Notes under the pieces: model-generated
Seen by the model: only the letters and a program-made list of their open reading frames with translations
Told to the model about the DNA's origin: nothing
Databases searched by the model: none
Shown: positions 51,358-61,777 of the stretch, one piece after another
Layout of the letters: the number at the start of each line of letters is the position of its first letter
How positions within the stretch are numbered: the stretch's first letter is position 1
Program-made: the position numbers and the translations under genes
Origin: Thermoplasmata archaeon
GTDB taxonomy: Archaea; Thermoplasmatota; Thermoplasmata; UBA10834
NCBI GenBank assembly: GCA_025457815.1
Contig: JALOTQ010000001.1
Coordinates: forward strand, 17-64,016
Direction of reading: 5' to 3'
DNA: 64,000 nucleotides

Positions 51358-52247
51358 AACTCAAGGAGATGCCCGACGAGGAGATGTTCACAAGGGGACA
51401 CACGGCCTGCGCAGGCTGTGGAGGAGCCATCGCGGTCAGGAACTTCCTCAAGATACTGGGGAAGGACACCATCGTCGTGAACCCGGCCTGCTGCCTGCTG
51501 ATCTTCGGCGCGACCTATCCTCTCGTCGCCTACAAGATGCCCCTGCACCACGTCGCGTTCGAGAACACCGCGGTCTGTTCCGCGGGGATTTCGAGGGCGA
51601 TACGGCAGCAGGGCAACGACCACACGATCGTCGTCGGCATCGCCGGCGACGGCGGCACCGCGGATATCGGCATACAGTCCCTTTCCGGCTGCGCTGAAAG
51701 GAACGAGGACATGATCTATGTCATGTACGACAACGAGGCCTACATGAACACCGGCATACAGAGGTCTGGCTCGACCCCGTTCGGCGCGTGGACGACCACG
51801 ACCCCCGTGGGCAAGGTGAAGGCGGGCAAGGAGAACTTCAAGAAGGACATGCCCCAGATCATGATGGCCCACAACGTGCCGTATGTCGCGACCGCCTCGG
51901 TAGGCCACATCCAGGACTTCATCAACAAGTTCGAGAAGGCAAAGAAGATGAAGGGCTTCCGGTACATCCAGGTCTTCACCCCGTGCCCGACCGGTTGGAG
52001 GCACGACACGGCGAAGACGATCGAGGTGTGCAAGCTCGCGGTCGATTCCGGCATGTGGACGCTCTACGAGTGCGAGAACGGCAAGGTCACGATCAACAGG
52101 AAGCCCAAGGGCACGCCCGTGGCCGAGTACCTGAAGCTCCAGGGCCGGTTCAGGCACATGAAGGACGAGGACATCAAGAAGCTCCAGGACTGGGTCACGA
52201 AGAAGTGGCAGGCAGACGAGAAGTTCGCTCAGTGCAAGTCAGCCTGA
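51354..52247 (+). CDS. porB: Pyruvate/2-oxoacid:ferredoxin oxidoreductase beta subunit
   Basis: HTACAGCG, GDGGTADIG, DNEAYMNTGIQRS, PCPTGW. Confidence 0.92.
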   Translation: MKLKEMPDEEMFTRGHTACAGCGGAIAVRNFLKILGKDTIVVNPACCLLIFGATYPLVAYKMPLHHVAFENTAVCSAGISRAIRQQGNDHTIVVGIAGDGGTADIGIQSLSGCAERNEDMIYVMYDNEAYMNTGIQRSGSTPFGAWTTTTPVGKVKAGKENFKKDMPQIMMAHNVPYVATASVGHIQDFINKFEKAKKMKGFRYIQVFTPCPTGWRHDTAKTIEVCKLAVDSGMWTLYECENGKVTINRKPKGTPVAEYLKLQGRFRHMKDEDIKKLQDWVTKKWQADEKFAQCKSA

Positions 52248-52283
52248 TCCGCCCAAACCCTGAAACCCCTTCGGATTTCTCAT

Positions 52284-53132
52284 CTACAGTCGTTTCTTCA
52301 TCTCGAGCTGTTTCATGGTGACCTTGAAGTCGAACATGTCCAGCATCCTGAGCGTCGGTTCGTCCTCGTTCACGTTGTAGACGACCACTTTGTACGCTCC
52401 CAGGTCGTGGAGCCTGCTCAACGCGAACTTGGCGAGCGCCGTCCCGACGCCCTTCCTTCTCTTCTCGGGCAGGACTCCCAGGAACGGGATGAACCCATTC
52501 GTCTCGACCGTCCGCAGCAGTACGAAGCCCCCTTCCACCCTGAAGCACTCGGCGCCTCGGGCCGAGTGGACAAGCGCATCGGGCTTCCTCCTCTGCCAGC
52601 ATGTTTCCGCGTAAGCGCGCTGATGCATCTTGAGTATGTCCGATACTGCGGCGGGTTTCGGATTCTCGCCAAAGCCCTGAAAACGGCTGGGCCTGGCCTC
52701 AGCCGTAAGTAGCTTCCTGGTGCCCTGATACCCGAGGCGCTGGTAGAGTCTCTGCGCCTTGTCGTTCCCTTCGATGACCTCCAGGGAGACCTCCTCAACC
52801 CCCTTCGAAAGTAGATCGGTCTCCGCAGCCTGCATTAGCCTGGTGCCAATCCCTATCCCGCGAAACTCTCGGAGGATTCCTATGCCGCCTATCCATCCCT
52901 CGAGGCCGTCGTTGACCGGATTCACATAGCCGACGATCCTGGTCCCGTCCATTGCCGTCAGTACGTTCTCGAATCGCCCCCCGACCGATCTCAGAAAGTC
53001 CGCGAAGAACGCCCTCGATGAGCGGATCGGTATGATGTAGTCTGCGAACATCTGGTTCTGGGCCTCGACGAGGTCATCGAGCCTCTCCGGACGAAGCCTT
53101 TCGATCCTGAAATCCTTCGCTTCGGCCGCCAT
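52284..53132 (-). CDS. Tandem GNAT acetyltransferase
   Basis: FRGIGIG and RRKGVG acetyl-CoA motifs; N..A..LY..LGY. Confidence 0.85.
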   Translation of the reverse strand: MAAEAKDFRIERLRPERLDDLVEAQNQMFADYIIPIRSSRAFFADFLRSVGGRFENVLTAMDGTRIVGYVNPVNDGLEGWIGGIGILREFRGIGIGTRLMQAAETDLLSKGVEEVSLEVIEGNDKAQRLYQRLGYQGTRKLLTAEARPSRFQGFGENPKPAAVSDILKMHQRAYAETCWQRRKPDALVHSARGAECFRVEGGFVLLRTVETNGFIPFLGVLPEKRRKGVGTALAKFALSRLHDLGAYKVVVYNVNEDEPTLRMLDMFDFKVTMKQLEMKKRL

Positions 53133-53142
53133 TCTAGCCCTT

Positions 53143-54627
53143 CTACACGTTCTCAGGCTTCATGTGTGGGAAGAGCAGGACCTCTTTGATCGACTGCGAG
53201 TTGGTCAGTATCATCGCGAACCTGTCAATCCCTATCCCAAGCCCACCTGTAGGCGGCAGGGCGCATTCCAGGGCCTGAACGTAGTCGATGTCGATCGGAT
53301 GGGCTTCATCGTCCCCTTCCTGCTTGAGCCTCTCCTGCTCGACGAACCTCTGCTCCTGCTCCGCAGGGTCGTTCAGCTCCGAGTAGGCGTTCGCAAATTC
53401 CCAGCCGTTTATGAAAAGCTCGAACCTCTCGACCAGTTCCGGGTTACCCCTCTTCCGCTTCGCCAGGGGTGAAACCTCGATCGGGTGGTCGATTATGAAG
53501 ACCGGGTTGATGAGCAGCGGCTGAACCTTCTGGTCGAAGACCTCTGTAACGACATTTCCAATTCGCTCGCAGTCCTCGACCCCGGCGACCCCTATCTGAG
53601 CCGCAGCGTCGCGCGCATCGTCCACGGTGGTCAACTTCGCGATGTCCAGGCCCGCGTACTTCAGAATCGCATCGTGCATGGATAGCCTCGGCCACGGCTT
53701 AGAGAAATCGAGAACCTTGTCCCCGTACGGTATCTTGTCGGTGCCGCATATGTGCATGGCCGTGTCGTAGAGCAGAGCCTCCGTCAGGTCCATTATGTCG
53801 TTGTAGTCCGCGTAGGCCTCGTAGAGCTCCATGGAAGTGTATTCAGGGTAATGCTGCGCGTCGATGTCCTCGTTCCTGAAGTTGTGCCCGACCTCGTAGA
53901 CCTTCTCGAGGTCCCCGACGATGCACCTCTTGAGGTACAGCTCGGTGGCTATCCTGAGGTAGAGGTCCATGTCCAGTGCGTTGTGGTGGGTCTTGAACGG
54001 CCTCGCCAGCGCGCCTCCGTAGATCGGCTGCAGGATAGGCGTCTCCACCTCGATGTACCCCTTCGCGTTCAGCCAGTCCCGCATGAACGCGACCATCCTG
54101 CTCCGCTTGATGAACTTCTCGCGGACATCCGGGTTCATGATCAGGTCCAGGTGTCTCTTCCGGTACCTGTTCTCGACGTCCTGCAGGCCATGGAAGGAGT
54201 CAGGGAACGGTTCGAGGGCCTTGGAGAGCACCTCGAAGTCCTTGATGGCTACGGTGATCTCTCCCATCTTGGTCCTGAAGACATGGCCCTTCACGCCGAC
54301 GACGTCGCCCCTGTCAAGTCCCTTGAATGTGTCGAACTTCTCCTTGCCTAGCTCGTCCAGCTTGAAGTATGCCTGGACCCGGCCCTCTCGGTCCTGCAGG
54401 TCCGCGAACCCCGCCTTGCCGTGCACCCGGAGCCCCATCAGCCTGCCAGCAGTCGATATCTCCTGGGGATTCCTCTCCGGTCCGACCTCTGCGAAGTCCT
54501 TCTTGATCCCTGCAGTGTTGTGAGTGCGCGTGAATCTGTACTTGTCGTACGGGTTCAATCCCTTGGCCTGCAGGTCCTTGAGCTTCGCCCTCCTCTGGGC
54601 CCTCAGGTCGCTCTCTTCCTCAGCCAT
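53143..54627 (-). CDS. lysS: Lysine-tRNA ligase, class II
   Basis: OB anticodon domain, GGALARPFKTHHN, LRIATELYLKR, FRNE, ERFELF, GLGIGIDR. Confidence 0.96.
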   Translation of the reverse strand: MAEEESDLRAQRRAKLKDLQAKGLNPYDKYRFTRTHNTAGIKKDFAEVGPERNPQEISTAGRLMGLRVHGKAGFADLQDREGRVQAYFKLDELGKEKFDTFKGLDRGDVVGVKGHVFRTKMGEITVAIKDFEVLSKALEPFPDSFHGLQDVENRYRKRHLDLIMNPDVREKFIKRSRMVAFMRDWLNAKGYIEVETPILQPIYGGALARPFKTHHNALDMDLYLRIATELYLKRCIVGDLEKVYEVGHNFRNEDIDAQHYPEYTSMELYEAYADYNDIMDLTEALLYDTAMHICGTDKIPYGDKVLDFSKPWPRLSMHDAILKYAGLDIAKLTTVDDARDAAAQIGVAGVEDCERIGNVVTEVFDQKVQPLLINPVFIIDHPIEVSPLAKRKRGNPELVERFELFINGWEFANAYSELNDPAEQEQRFVEQERLKQEGDDEAHPIDIDYVQALECALPPTGGLGIGIDRFAMILTNSQSIKEVLLFPHMKPENV

Positions 54628-54783
54628 AAGGCTCTCCCTCCACGGGTGTTCCTGTCTGCATTCCGACCTTCCTACTTAAAAGTAGGCTGTCCGGTCCGCC
54701 CGAATACTGGTCTCGCTCCCTCTGATGCATATTGCTCACCTGAACACAATCGGTCGAAGCCCGCAAGGAAAACGCTGGCTTCG

Positions 54784-55164
54784 CTATCTCTTCTTCTCCG
54801 TCTTCTCTTCCTCAGCCTCTTTGATGGCGGTCAGAAGCTCCTCGATCCTGAAGGGCTTCAGGAGGAATCCCTTGGCGCCCGCGGCCATCGCCTCCTTCTC
54901 TATGTGGAGGTCCGCGCTGCCGAAGAATATGGTGGCCTTCGGGTCCATGCTCAGGATCTCCTGGGTCGCGCTGACGCCGTCCTTCACAGGCATCCTCTGG
55001 TCCATGATGATGATGACGGGCTTCTCCTTCATCTCCTTGTACTTCCTGACGGCCTCCTCGCCGTCAGAGGCCACTCCGATGACCGTGTGCCCGTTCGCTT
55101 CAAGGATGTCTCGATAGAGGTCGACAATGAATTTCTCATCATCAACTAGGAACACCGTTGCGAT
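54784..55164 (-). CDS. Single-domain response regulator (CheY-like receiver)
   Basis: FLVDDE, MDQRMP..DG, SA, KPF; GGAGGT 6 nt before ATC 55164. Confidence 0.9.
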   Translation of the reverse strand: MATVFLVDDEKFIVDLYRDILEANGHTVIGVASDGEEAVRKYKEMKEKPVIIIMDQRMPVKDGVSATQEILSMDPKATIFFGSADLHIEKEAMAAGAKGFLLKPFRIEELLTAIKEAEEEKTEKKR

Positions 55165-55389
55165 GATACGACCTCCTATTGCCAAGCGAATCCTGCAGTC
55201 TCTCTGCGCGGCCCAGAACAAGGCTCGCTGCGCCTGGAGCGCAGTAGCCAGGCTGGGTTATCTCAATTATCTTGCAGATTATATAATGGTTTTCACAACT
55301 TCAAATCAGCTGGAATATCAGTACTGGAGGGGGAGATCCGCCCTCTAAACGTTTAAATACGGAGTTCCGTAATAGACCATCCGAAACCC

Positions 55390-55557
55390 ATGCCCAAGAA
55401 CAAGAAGAATGAGGGATTTCACTCCGCTGCCGGTCTCATCAGGTACTTCGACTCAGAGGACGACAAGGCCCTGAAGATACCTCCATGGTTCGTCGTCGGG
55501 TTCGCGATCGCTGTGTCAGCAGCCGTGATACTTCTGGCCGCGCTGTACCCGACCTAG
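55390..55557 (+). CDS. secG: Preprotein translocase Sec61-beta subunit, not in the ORF track
   Basis: MPKNKKNEGFHSAAGLIRYFDSED..KIPP plus one TM helix; TTTAAATA TATA box upstream. Confidence 0.9.
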   Translation: MPKNKKNEGFHSAAGLIRYFDSEDDKALKIPPWFVVGFAIAVSAAVILLAALYPT

Positions 55558-55559
55558 GA

Positions 55560-56867
55560 CTAGACGACTTTTGGCAACAGCACCCTGAAGACGCTACCTT
55601 TTGAGCGGTCGCCTTTGACTCGGTCCTCGACCCATATCCTTCCCTTGTACGAGTCGACGAGAGTCTTCGCGATGTGGAGCCCCAGCCCGCTTCCGCCCAG
55701 ACCTCTCGCGGGTCCCTGCGTGAACCTGTCGAAGATCATCTGCTTGAATTCGTCCTCTACTCCGGGCCCGCGGTCTAGGACCGAGACGAGCCACATCTCG
55801 CGTTTGTCGTCAACTGTTTCCGCGATGTCAACCTGGATCACGACATCCTCGTGCTGGTCGAACTTGATCGCGTTCGTGAACAGGTTCAGGAATATGTCCT
55901 TCGCGAAATCGTTCAAGGGGCTGAGCTTCTGCTCATCATCGCAGTTCCAGGCGAACCTTACCTTCCTCGAACGGTCATAGGATTCCGCGGCGGCCTGTGC
56001 CTCTTTGAGCGCCCTCACCAGGTCGACCGGCTTGAGGTTCCTGTCCCCCGCCGCCTCGACCTTCGCATACAACTTGACGTTCGAGACCAGTTTGTTGAGG
56101 TTCCAGACCTGGTCGAGTCCCTTGGCCAGACTCTTCCGTACAGGCTCGGGCACGCCCTTCCTGGACATCGCGAGCTCAATGAACCCGCTGACGGCCTGGG
56201 CGTAGTTGTTCACATCGTGGCCTATGAGGTCTATCAGGAGCTCGATCTCCTTCCGGTCCTTCTCCAACTGCTCGTAGAGCTGCGCGTTCTGGATGGCGAT
56301 GGCCGCCAGGTCGGAGAATATCTCTATTGCCCTGAGTGTCTCGTCGTCCGGGACCTTGTGGTCCTCGGGCTCGTCGATCTCGAGGTAGCCCATCAAGGAG
56401 CCGTCCTTCTCGTACATTAGGAAGTCCACGAAGTCGAGCTCGTGCCACTCGTCGGGGAACCGTCTGGCGTTGTCCATCCTCTCAGGGTGAATCACGAAGA
56501 GCATCTCGTCCTCGCTCTCAATCTCGTAGCTGCCCGCCGGGACATAGTACACGTTCCTGCCTACCTTGAATTCCGGCTTAAGGTCCCTGGTCATCTTGTC
56601 GATGTCGTACCTGACCTTCTTGATCTTCTCGGCCACCTCCGGGTCGAATCCGTGCGCGGCACGGACCACGAACAGCCCGGTCTCCTTGTCCCGTATGCCT
56701 ATGCACGCGGTCCTGAGGCCGAAGGTTTCGGAGACGGTGGTGACTATCTTGTCGAGTAGCTTGTCGACCTCTCTGACCGTTACGAAATCGGAGGTGACCT
56801 CGAGTATGCTAGATATCGCGACGCTTCTAAGGTCTTCTCTCCTTCCAATGGATCGGTCTGTTGCCAT
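55560..56867 (-). CDS. Cytoplasmic GAF-domain sensor histidine kinase
   Basis: GAF-like N-terminus ending LAAIAIQNA; HDVNN H box; NAIKF, DRGPG, IFDRF, GSGLGL. Confidence 0.9.
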   Translation of the reverse strand: MATDRSIGRREDLRSVAISSILEVTSDFVTVREVDKLLDKIVTTVSETFGLRTACIGIRDKETGLFVVRAAHGFDPEVAEKIKKVRYDIDKMTRDLKPEFKVGRNVYYVPAGSYEIESEDEMLFVIHPERMDNARRFPDEWHELDFVDFLMYEKDGSLMGYLEIDEPEDHKVPDDETLRAIEIFSDLAAIAIQNAQLYEQLEKDRKEIELLIDLIGHDVNNYAQAVSGFIELAMSRKGVPEPVRKSLAKGLDQVWNLNKLVSNVKLYAKVEAAGDRNLKPVDLVRALKEAQAAAESYDRSRKVRFAWNCDDEQKLSPLNDFAKDIFLNLFTNAIKFDQHEDVVIQVDIAETVDDKREMWLVSVLDRGPGVEDEFKQMIFDRFTQGPARGLGGSGLGLHIAKTLVDSYKGRIWVEDRVKGDRSKGSVFRVLLPKVV

Positions 56868-57258
56868 TTCCAGCTCGCGGCGGGGTGAGGAGCCCCCTCG
56901 CCGGGAGTATGCACCATTCACCACAACCAACTCGCCGTTTATGAAGATATTGCGCACGCTCTCAATCCTGATATCATCCATCCCGCAGGGAGGCGTGCGG
57001 CCAGTAGGGTCGTTCGGATGTACATCCTTATCCAATTGATGTCCAGACTCTACCGGAATCAATATATATCGTTCAGAACTTCCGCGGTTCGCTCGAGGCG
57101 CAAAGGACATGGCACCAGCAACAGTCGTGTTTGATTGCCTTCACGGGTGAACGCACCCGAACCAGCCTGAGCGCCGAATTGAGTTTTCTGAAAGCCCCTT
57201 GTAGTGGCTCCGCTATCTCGTACCAGCAGGAGCTCTCGGGGCCCGAGGAGGTACTTGG

Positions 57259-58125
57259 ATGACGATGGTGAGGATAGCCCTTCCCAACAAGGGGAGGCTG
57301 AACCAGAGCGCGATAAGGCTGATGAACAGGATAGGTTTCCCGGTCCCCGAAGGGAGCAACCGCACGCTCCTGGCCGAGTTCGGAAAGGGCAGGTATCAAG
57401 TCCTGCTGGCGAGGGCGCAGGACATACCTGAGTTCGTCGAGATGGGGGCGGCCGACCTTGGCATAACGGGCCTCGACCTGGTCATGGAGACCTCGAGGAA
57501 GGTCGAGAACCTCATGGAGCTCGATTTCGGCAGGTGCCGGCTGGTGGTGGCCGTGCCTGAGGAGTCAAAGGTGGAGACCGCCGAGGATGTCAAGGACGGC
57601 AGCACGGTGGCGACATGCTTCCCGAACCTGACCAAGGCGTTCTTCTCGAAGTTGGGCAAGAACGTCGATGTGGCCGAGGTCTCGGGCGCCACCGAGGTTG
57701 CCCCTCAGGTCGGACTCGCAGACGTCATCACCGATCTGACGGAGACGGGGTCCACCCTCAAGCTCAACCACCTCAAGGAGATAGGGGTGATCCTCGAATC
57801 GAAGGCAGTCGTCATTGCCAATGCTAAATCCATGACGGACAAGAAGGCCAGGATCGAGGAGGTAACGAGCGCGATACAGAGCGTGATGAACGCGTCCAGG
57901 AAGAGGTACATCATGGCGAACGTTCCCAGGGCGAGCCTGCCGAACCTGAAGACCCTCCTCCCGGGGGTTTCGGGCCCGACCGTGATGAACATAATGGGCA
58001 GGGAGGATATGGTGGCGATACACGCGGTTACGAACGAGGACGAGATAAATGGCGTGATAACCATGCTGAAGAGCATAGGCGCCGCGGGCATACTCGTCAT
58101 CCCTATCGAAAGGATGGTACTCTGA
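57259..58125 (+). CDS. hisG: ATP phosphoribosyltransferase (long form)
   Basis: IALPNKGRL, DLGITGLD, GATE, TGSTL, C-terminal regulatory domain. Confidence 0.95.
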   Translation: MTMVRIALPNKGRLNQSAIRLMNRIGFPVPEGSNRTLLAEFGKGRYQVLLARAQDIPEFVEMGAADLGITGLDLVMETSRKVENLMELDFGRCRLVVAVPEESKVETAEDVKDGSTVATCFPNLTKAFFSKLGKNVDVAEVSGATEVAPQVGLADVITDLTETGSTLKLNHLKEIGVILESKAVVIANAKSMTDKKARIEEVTSAIQSVMNASRKRYIMANVPRASLPNLKTLLPGVSGPTVMNIMGREDMVAIHAVTNEDEINGVITMLKSIGAAGILVIPIERMVL

Positions 58126-58126
58126 G

Positions 58127-59413
58127 ATGCTGCTGTTCGAGCTCGCCAAGATGACATCGAGCCAGCGCGAATCCGTCCTCAAGAGAGAGGGCGTCGACAT
58201 CGACGATGCGGTGAGGAAGGCGAGGCCCATTGTCGAGGCCGTCAGGCTGCAGGGCGACAGGGCGCTCCTCAAGCTTGCGAGGAAGTACGACGGTTTCAAA
58301 GGCCAGTCCCTGGCCGTTCCGGAGTCTGACATCAAGGCCGCCAGGTCCAAGGTGCCGAAGGAGCTGCAGGTCGCGCTCCAGACAGCTCGGAAGCGGATCG
58401 AATCCTTCCACGCCAGACAGGTCCTGAAACCGTTCGAGTTCTCTGATCCCTGCGGCGTCTTCGGACAGAGGATAGTCCCGCTGAAGCGCGTAGGGGTCTA
58501 CGTGCCCGGAGGATCCGCAGACTACGTCTCGACTGTCCTGATGGCCTGCATCCCAGCAAGGATTGCGGATGTCGACGAGATCGCCCTCTGCACTCCGGGA
58601 AAGGGAGGTAAGGTCCCGGACGGCATACTCGCCGCGGCAGGCATGTGCGGCGTGAGCGAGGTCTACTGCGTCGGGGGTGCGCACTCCATTGCCGCGATGG
58701 CCTACGGCACCGAGACTGTCCCCAAGGTCCAGAAGATCGTCGGGCCAGGCGGAGCCATAGTGGCGGCCGCCAAACTCCTGGTGAGGAACGACTGCGAGAT
58801 AGATTTCCTCGCGGGCCCCTCGGAGGTCCTGATAATCGCGGATGGGCAGGCCGACCCTGTGTTGCTCGCATCCGACATGCTCGCCCAGCTGGAGCACGAC
58901 CCTCAGGCGCGAGCTGTCCTTGTCACCACCTCCGCGGGGATGGCACAGGAAGTCCGTGTCCAACTGGAATCGCAGATCTCCAAGGCGTCTCGCCGCGAAA
59001 TCATAGCCAAGTCTGCAGCCAAGGGCGCGATATTCCTGATTGCAGAGAGCATCTCCGCCGCCGTAGGGTTTTCAAACGACTACGCTCCCGAGCACCTGCT
59101 CATCGATGTGCGGAACCCGGAGGAGCTTCTCGACCGCATCGACAACGCAGGATCCGTGTTCCTCGGAAGCCAGTCCTCAGTGGCGTTCGGCGACTACTGC
59201 AGCGGGACCAACCACATCCTCCCGACGAAGGGTGTCGCTTCAATGAGATCGGCCCTGTCGGTCTATGATTTCCTGAAGGTCATACCGTACCAGAGCATCA
59301 GCCCCGAAGGGGCTGGACGGCTCGCTCCAGTCGTGGACCTCCTCGCGAGGTCCGAAGGTCTGCCGTCACACGCCGACGCTGCGGCATTGCACTCACGGAG
59401 GACGAAGAAATGA
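58127..59413 (+). CDS. hisD: Histidinol dehydrogenase
   Basis: [36 protein letters not shown]. Confidence 0.95.
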   Translation: MLLFELAKMTSSQRESVLKREGVDIDDAVRKARPIVEAVRLQGDRALLKLARKYDGFKGQSLAVPESDIKAARSKVPKELQVALQTARKRIESFHARQVLKPFEFSDPCGVFGQRIVPLKRVGVYVPGGSADYVSTVLMACIPARIADVDEIALCTPGKGGKVPDGILAAAGMCGVSEVYCVGGAHSIAAMAYGTETVPKVQKIVGPGGAIVAAAKLLVRNDCEIDFLAGPSEVLIIADGQADPVLLASDMLAQLEHDPQARAVLVTTSAGMAQEVRVQLESQISKASRREIIAKSAAKGAIFLIAESISAAVGFSNDYAPEHLLIDVRNPEELLDRIDNAGSVFLGSQSSVAFGDYCSGTNHILPTKGVASMRSALSVYDFLKVIPYQSISPEGAGRLAPVVDLLARSEGLPSHADAAALHSRRTKK

Positions 59414-60474
59414 CATCCATAGGTGAACTCAGACGAAGGACTCTGGAGTCTCTCACGAGACCGTCCTACTCGATCGCGCGAAAGGACATGATACTCCTGA
59501 ACGACAACGCTAACCTGTTTGGCGTGAACCCAGCGGTGGAGGAGCTCGCGCGGTCATTCGATTTCGCGAGGCTGTGGGCGTACCCCAGCGAGAACTCGGA
59601 CGAACTGCGCGAACGGATAGCCACGGAGTTCGGATTCTCGGCGGAGGAGGTAATAGTCGGCAACGGCTCCGACGAACTACTCGACATCACCTCCAAGGCG
59701 TTCATCAACCCTGGAGACAAGTTCTGTGAACCGGCCCCGACTTTCAGCATGTACAAGTTCTACGCCAGCATCAACTTCGCAGAGGTCTGCGAGAAGGTCA
59801 TCAGACCGGACTTCTCGCTCGACCCCGACGCCCTCCTCGATGAACGCGCAAAGCTGTACGCGATATGCCAGCCGAACAACCCGACGGCGAACCTGTTCGA
59901 CGCTCGGGCGGTGAAGAGGGTTCTTTCGGAGGCTCCAGGGATCGTGCTGATCGACGAGGCGTACGCGGACTTCGCCGGCTCCAACATGATGGGGCCAGTC
60001 ATGAACTCCGGGCGTTCGATAGACATCCGGACCTTCTCCAAGGCCTATGGACTCGCAGGGCTCCGGGCTGGTTTCGCAATCTCCTCGAAGGCTGTCATCG
60101 ACGAGCTGAGGAGAGTCCGAACCCCGTTCGGACTCAACTCTTTCACAGAGGCCGCGGCAATCAGGGCCCTGGACAACAAGCAGTGGATCAGTGAGACGGT
60201 AGCGAAGGTGAAGTCGGAGAGGGATTTCCTTGCTTCGGAGCTCAGGAAGAGAGGATTCACGGTCTATCCATCGGTCTGCAACTTCCTGCTTTGCAAATCC
60301 CCAGTCCCAGGACCAGCCCTCGTCGCCGCTTTGAGATCCGAGGGCGTCGCGATACGAGACCTCAACTCTTTCCCGTTGCTCGAGAACCACGTGCGCATAA
60401 CAGCCGCTCCGAGGCCGATGCTCTTGACTCTTCTGGAGAAGATCGACCACCTGACAGCCGGAGGCGCTCGATGA
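59410..60474 (+). CDS. hisC: Histidinol-phosphate aminotransferase
   Basis: GNGSDE, PNNPT, DEAY, RTFSKAYGLAGLR. Confidence 0.93.
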   Translation: MTSIGELRRRTLESLTRPSYSIARKDMILLNDNANLFGVNPAVEELARSFDFARLWAYPSENSDELRERIATEFGFSAEEVIVGNGSDELLDITSKAFINPGDKFCEPAPTFSMYKFYASINFAEVCEKVIRPDFSLDPDALLDERAKLYAICQPNNPTANLFDARAVKRVLSEAPGIVLIDEAYADFAGSNMMGPVMNSGRSIDIRTFSKAYGLAGLRAGFAISSKAVIDELRRVRTPFGLNSFTEAAAIRALDNKQWISETVAKVKSERDFLASELRKRGFTVYPSVCNFLLCKSPVPGPALVAALRSEGVAIRDLNSFPLLENHVRITAAPRPMLLTLLEKIDHLTAGGAR

Positions 60475-61070
60475 GAGTATCGATCATGGACTACGGCGTT
60501 GGGAACCTGTACAGCATAGCCAAAGGGCTGGAGCGTTCGGGCGGCGAAATCGAGATAGTCACCGACCCGAGGGCGCTAGCCAGGAGCGAAGCTATTGTCT
60601 TCCCGGGCGTCGGGGCCTTCGGGGCGGCCATGGATGTGCTCCGGCCAGTTCGTGAGGAGTTGAGGCGTGCGATTGCGGAGGGCGTGCCGACTCTAGGGAT
60701 ATGCCTGGGCATGCAGATACTGTTCGAGAGCAGCGAGGAGTCTCCTGGCACCGGCCTGGGAGTTTTCGGCGGGCGGGTCACGAAGCTCCTCAGCGGCAGA
60801 GTCCCGCAGATGGGCTGGAACGATGTCAAATCCTCAGACGACCCGCTGTTCGACGGGATCCCTCAAGGCTCGAAGTTCTATTATGCGAACTCGTACATCT
60901 GCCAGCCAACAGAGAAGGTCGCGGTCGCCGAGACGGAATACGGGCAGAGGTTCGCTGCAGCGGTCAGGAAGAACACGCTGTGCGGAGTCCAGTTCCACCC
61001 CGAGAAGAGCGGCCCGCCAGGTCTGAAGCTACTGAAAAACTTCGTGGCGCTCGCGGAGGGGAATCAATGA
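60471..61070 (+). CDS. hisH: Imidazole glycerol phosphate synthase glutaminase subunit
   Basis: DYGVGNL, PGVGAF, GICLGMQ, QFHPEKS. Confidence 0.95.
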   Translation: MRVSIMDYGVGNLYSIAKGLERSGGEIEIVTDPRALARSEAIVFPGVGAFGAAMDVLRPVREELRRAIAEGVPTLGICLGMQILFESSEESPGTGLGVFGGRVTKLLSGRVPQMGWNDVKSSDDPLFDGIPQGSKFYYANSYICQPTEKVAVAETEYGQRFAAAVRKNTLCGVQFHPEKSGPPGLKLLKNFVALAEGNQ

Positions 61071-61777
61071 AGGTAATTCCGGCAGTCGATGTCAAGGACG
61101 GGAAATGCGTGCAACTGGTCGGAGGAAAGCCGGGCACGGAGAAGGTATCGATCGATGATGTCGACGGGGTCGCTAGAAAGTGGCAGGCGGAAGGAGCGGA
61201 GATGGTACACATCATTGACCTCGACTCTGCGCTGGGAACCGGCAATAACGAGTGTCTCATCGAAGCGCTCGCGGCGTCCCTGACAATACCCGTCCAAGTG
61301 GGCGGAGGCGTGAGGACTGAGGAGAAGGTCGAGCGGCTCTTTGAGATGGGCTGCGAGCGGGTGATCGTTGGCACCAGGGCGATCCAGGACAGGCAGTTCA
61401 TCGAGAGGGTTGCAGCTGACTACCCGGACGGGATCGTGGTGGCAATCGATTCCGCAGAGGACCAGGTGCTCATCAAGGGCTGGCAGGAGAGTTCGGGCAA
61501 ACCGCTACTCGATGTCGTCCGTGACCTCGAGAACCTCCCCATATTCGGTTTCCTGTACACGAACGTGGATGTCGAGGGCAGGCTGGAGGGCATCAACCCG
61601 GACCCCATCAAGGCCTTGATGACGGGCACCAAGAAACCCGTCATAGTCTCCGGGGGGATAACGACCCTGGGAGACCTCGACGCACTTCAGAAGATGGGGG
61701 CGCATTCCGCGGTCGTCGGTATGGCGATATACACTGGTCGGATAGATTTCAAGAAAGCAGTGAGGATGTTCACATGA
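61067..61777 (+). CDS. hisA: ProFAR isomerase
   Basis: IPAVD..GKCVQL, HIIDLD, QVGGGVR, SGGI. Confidence 0.94.
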   Translation: MKVIPAVDVKDGKCVQLVGGKPGTEKVSIDDVDGVARKWQAEGAEMVHIIDLDSALGTGNNECLIEALAASLTIPVQVGGGVRTEEKVERLFEMGCERVIVGTRAIQDRQFIERVAADYPDGIVVAIDSAEDQVLIKGWQESSGKPLLDVVRDLENLPIFGFLYTNVDVEGRLEGINPDPIKALMTGTKKPVIVSGGITTLGDLDALQKMGAHSAVVGMAIYTGRIDFKKAVRMFT

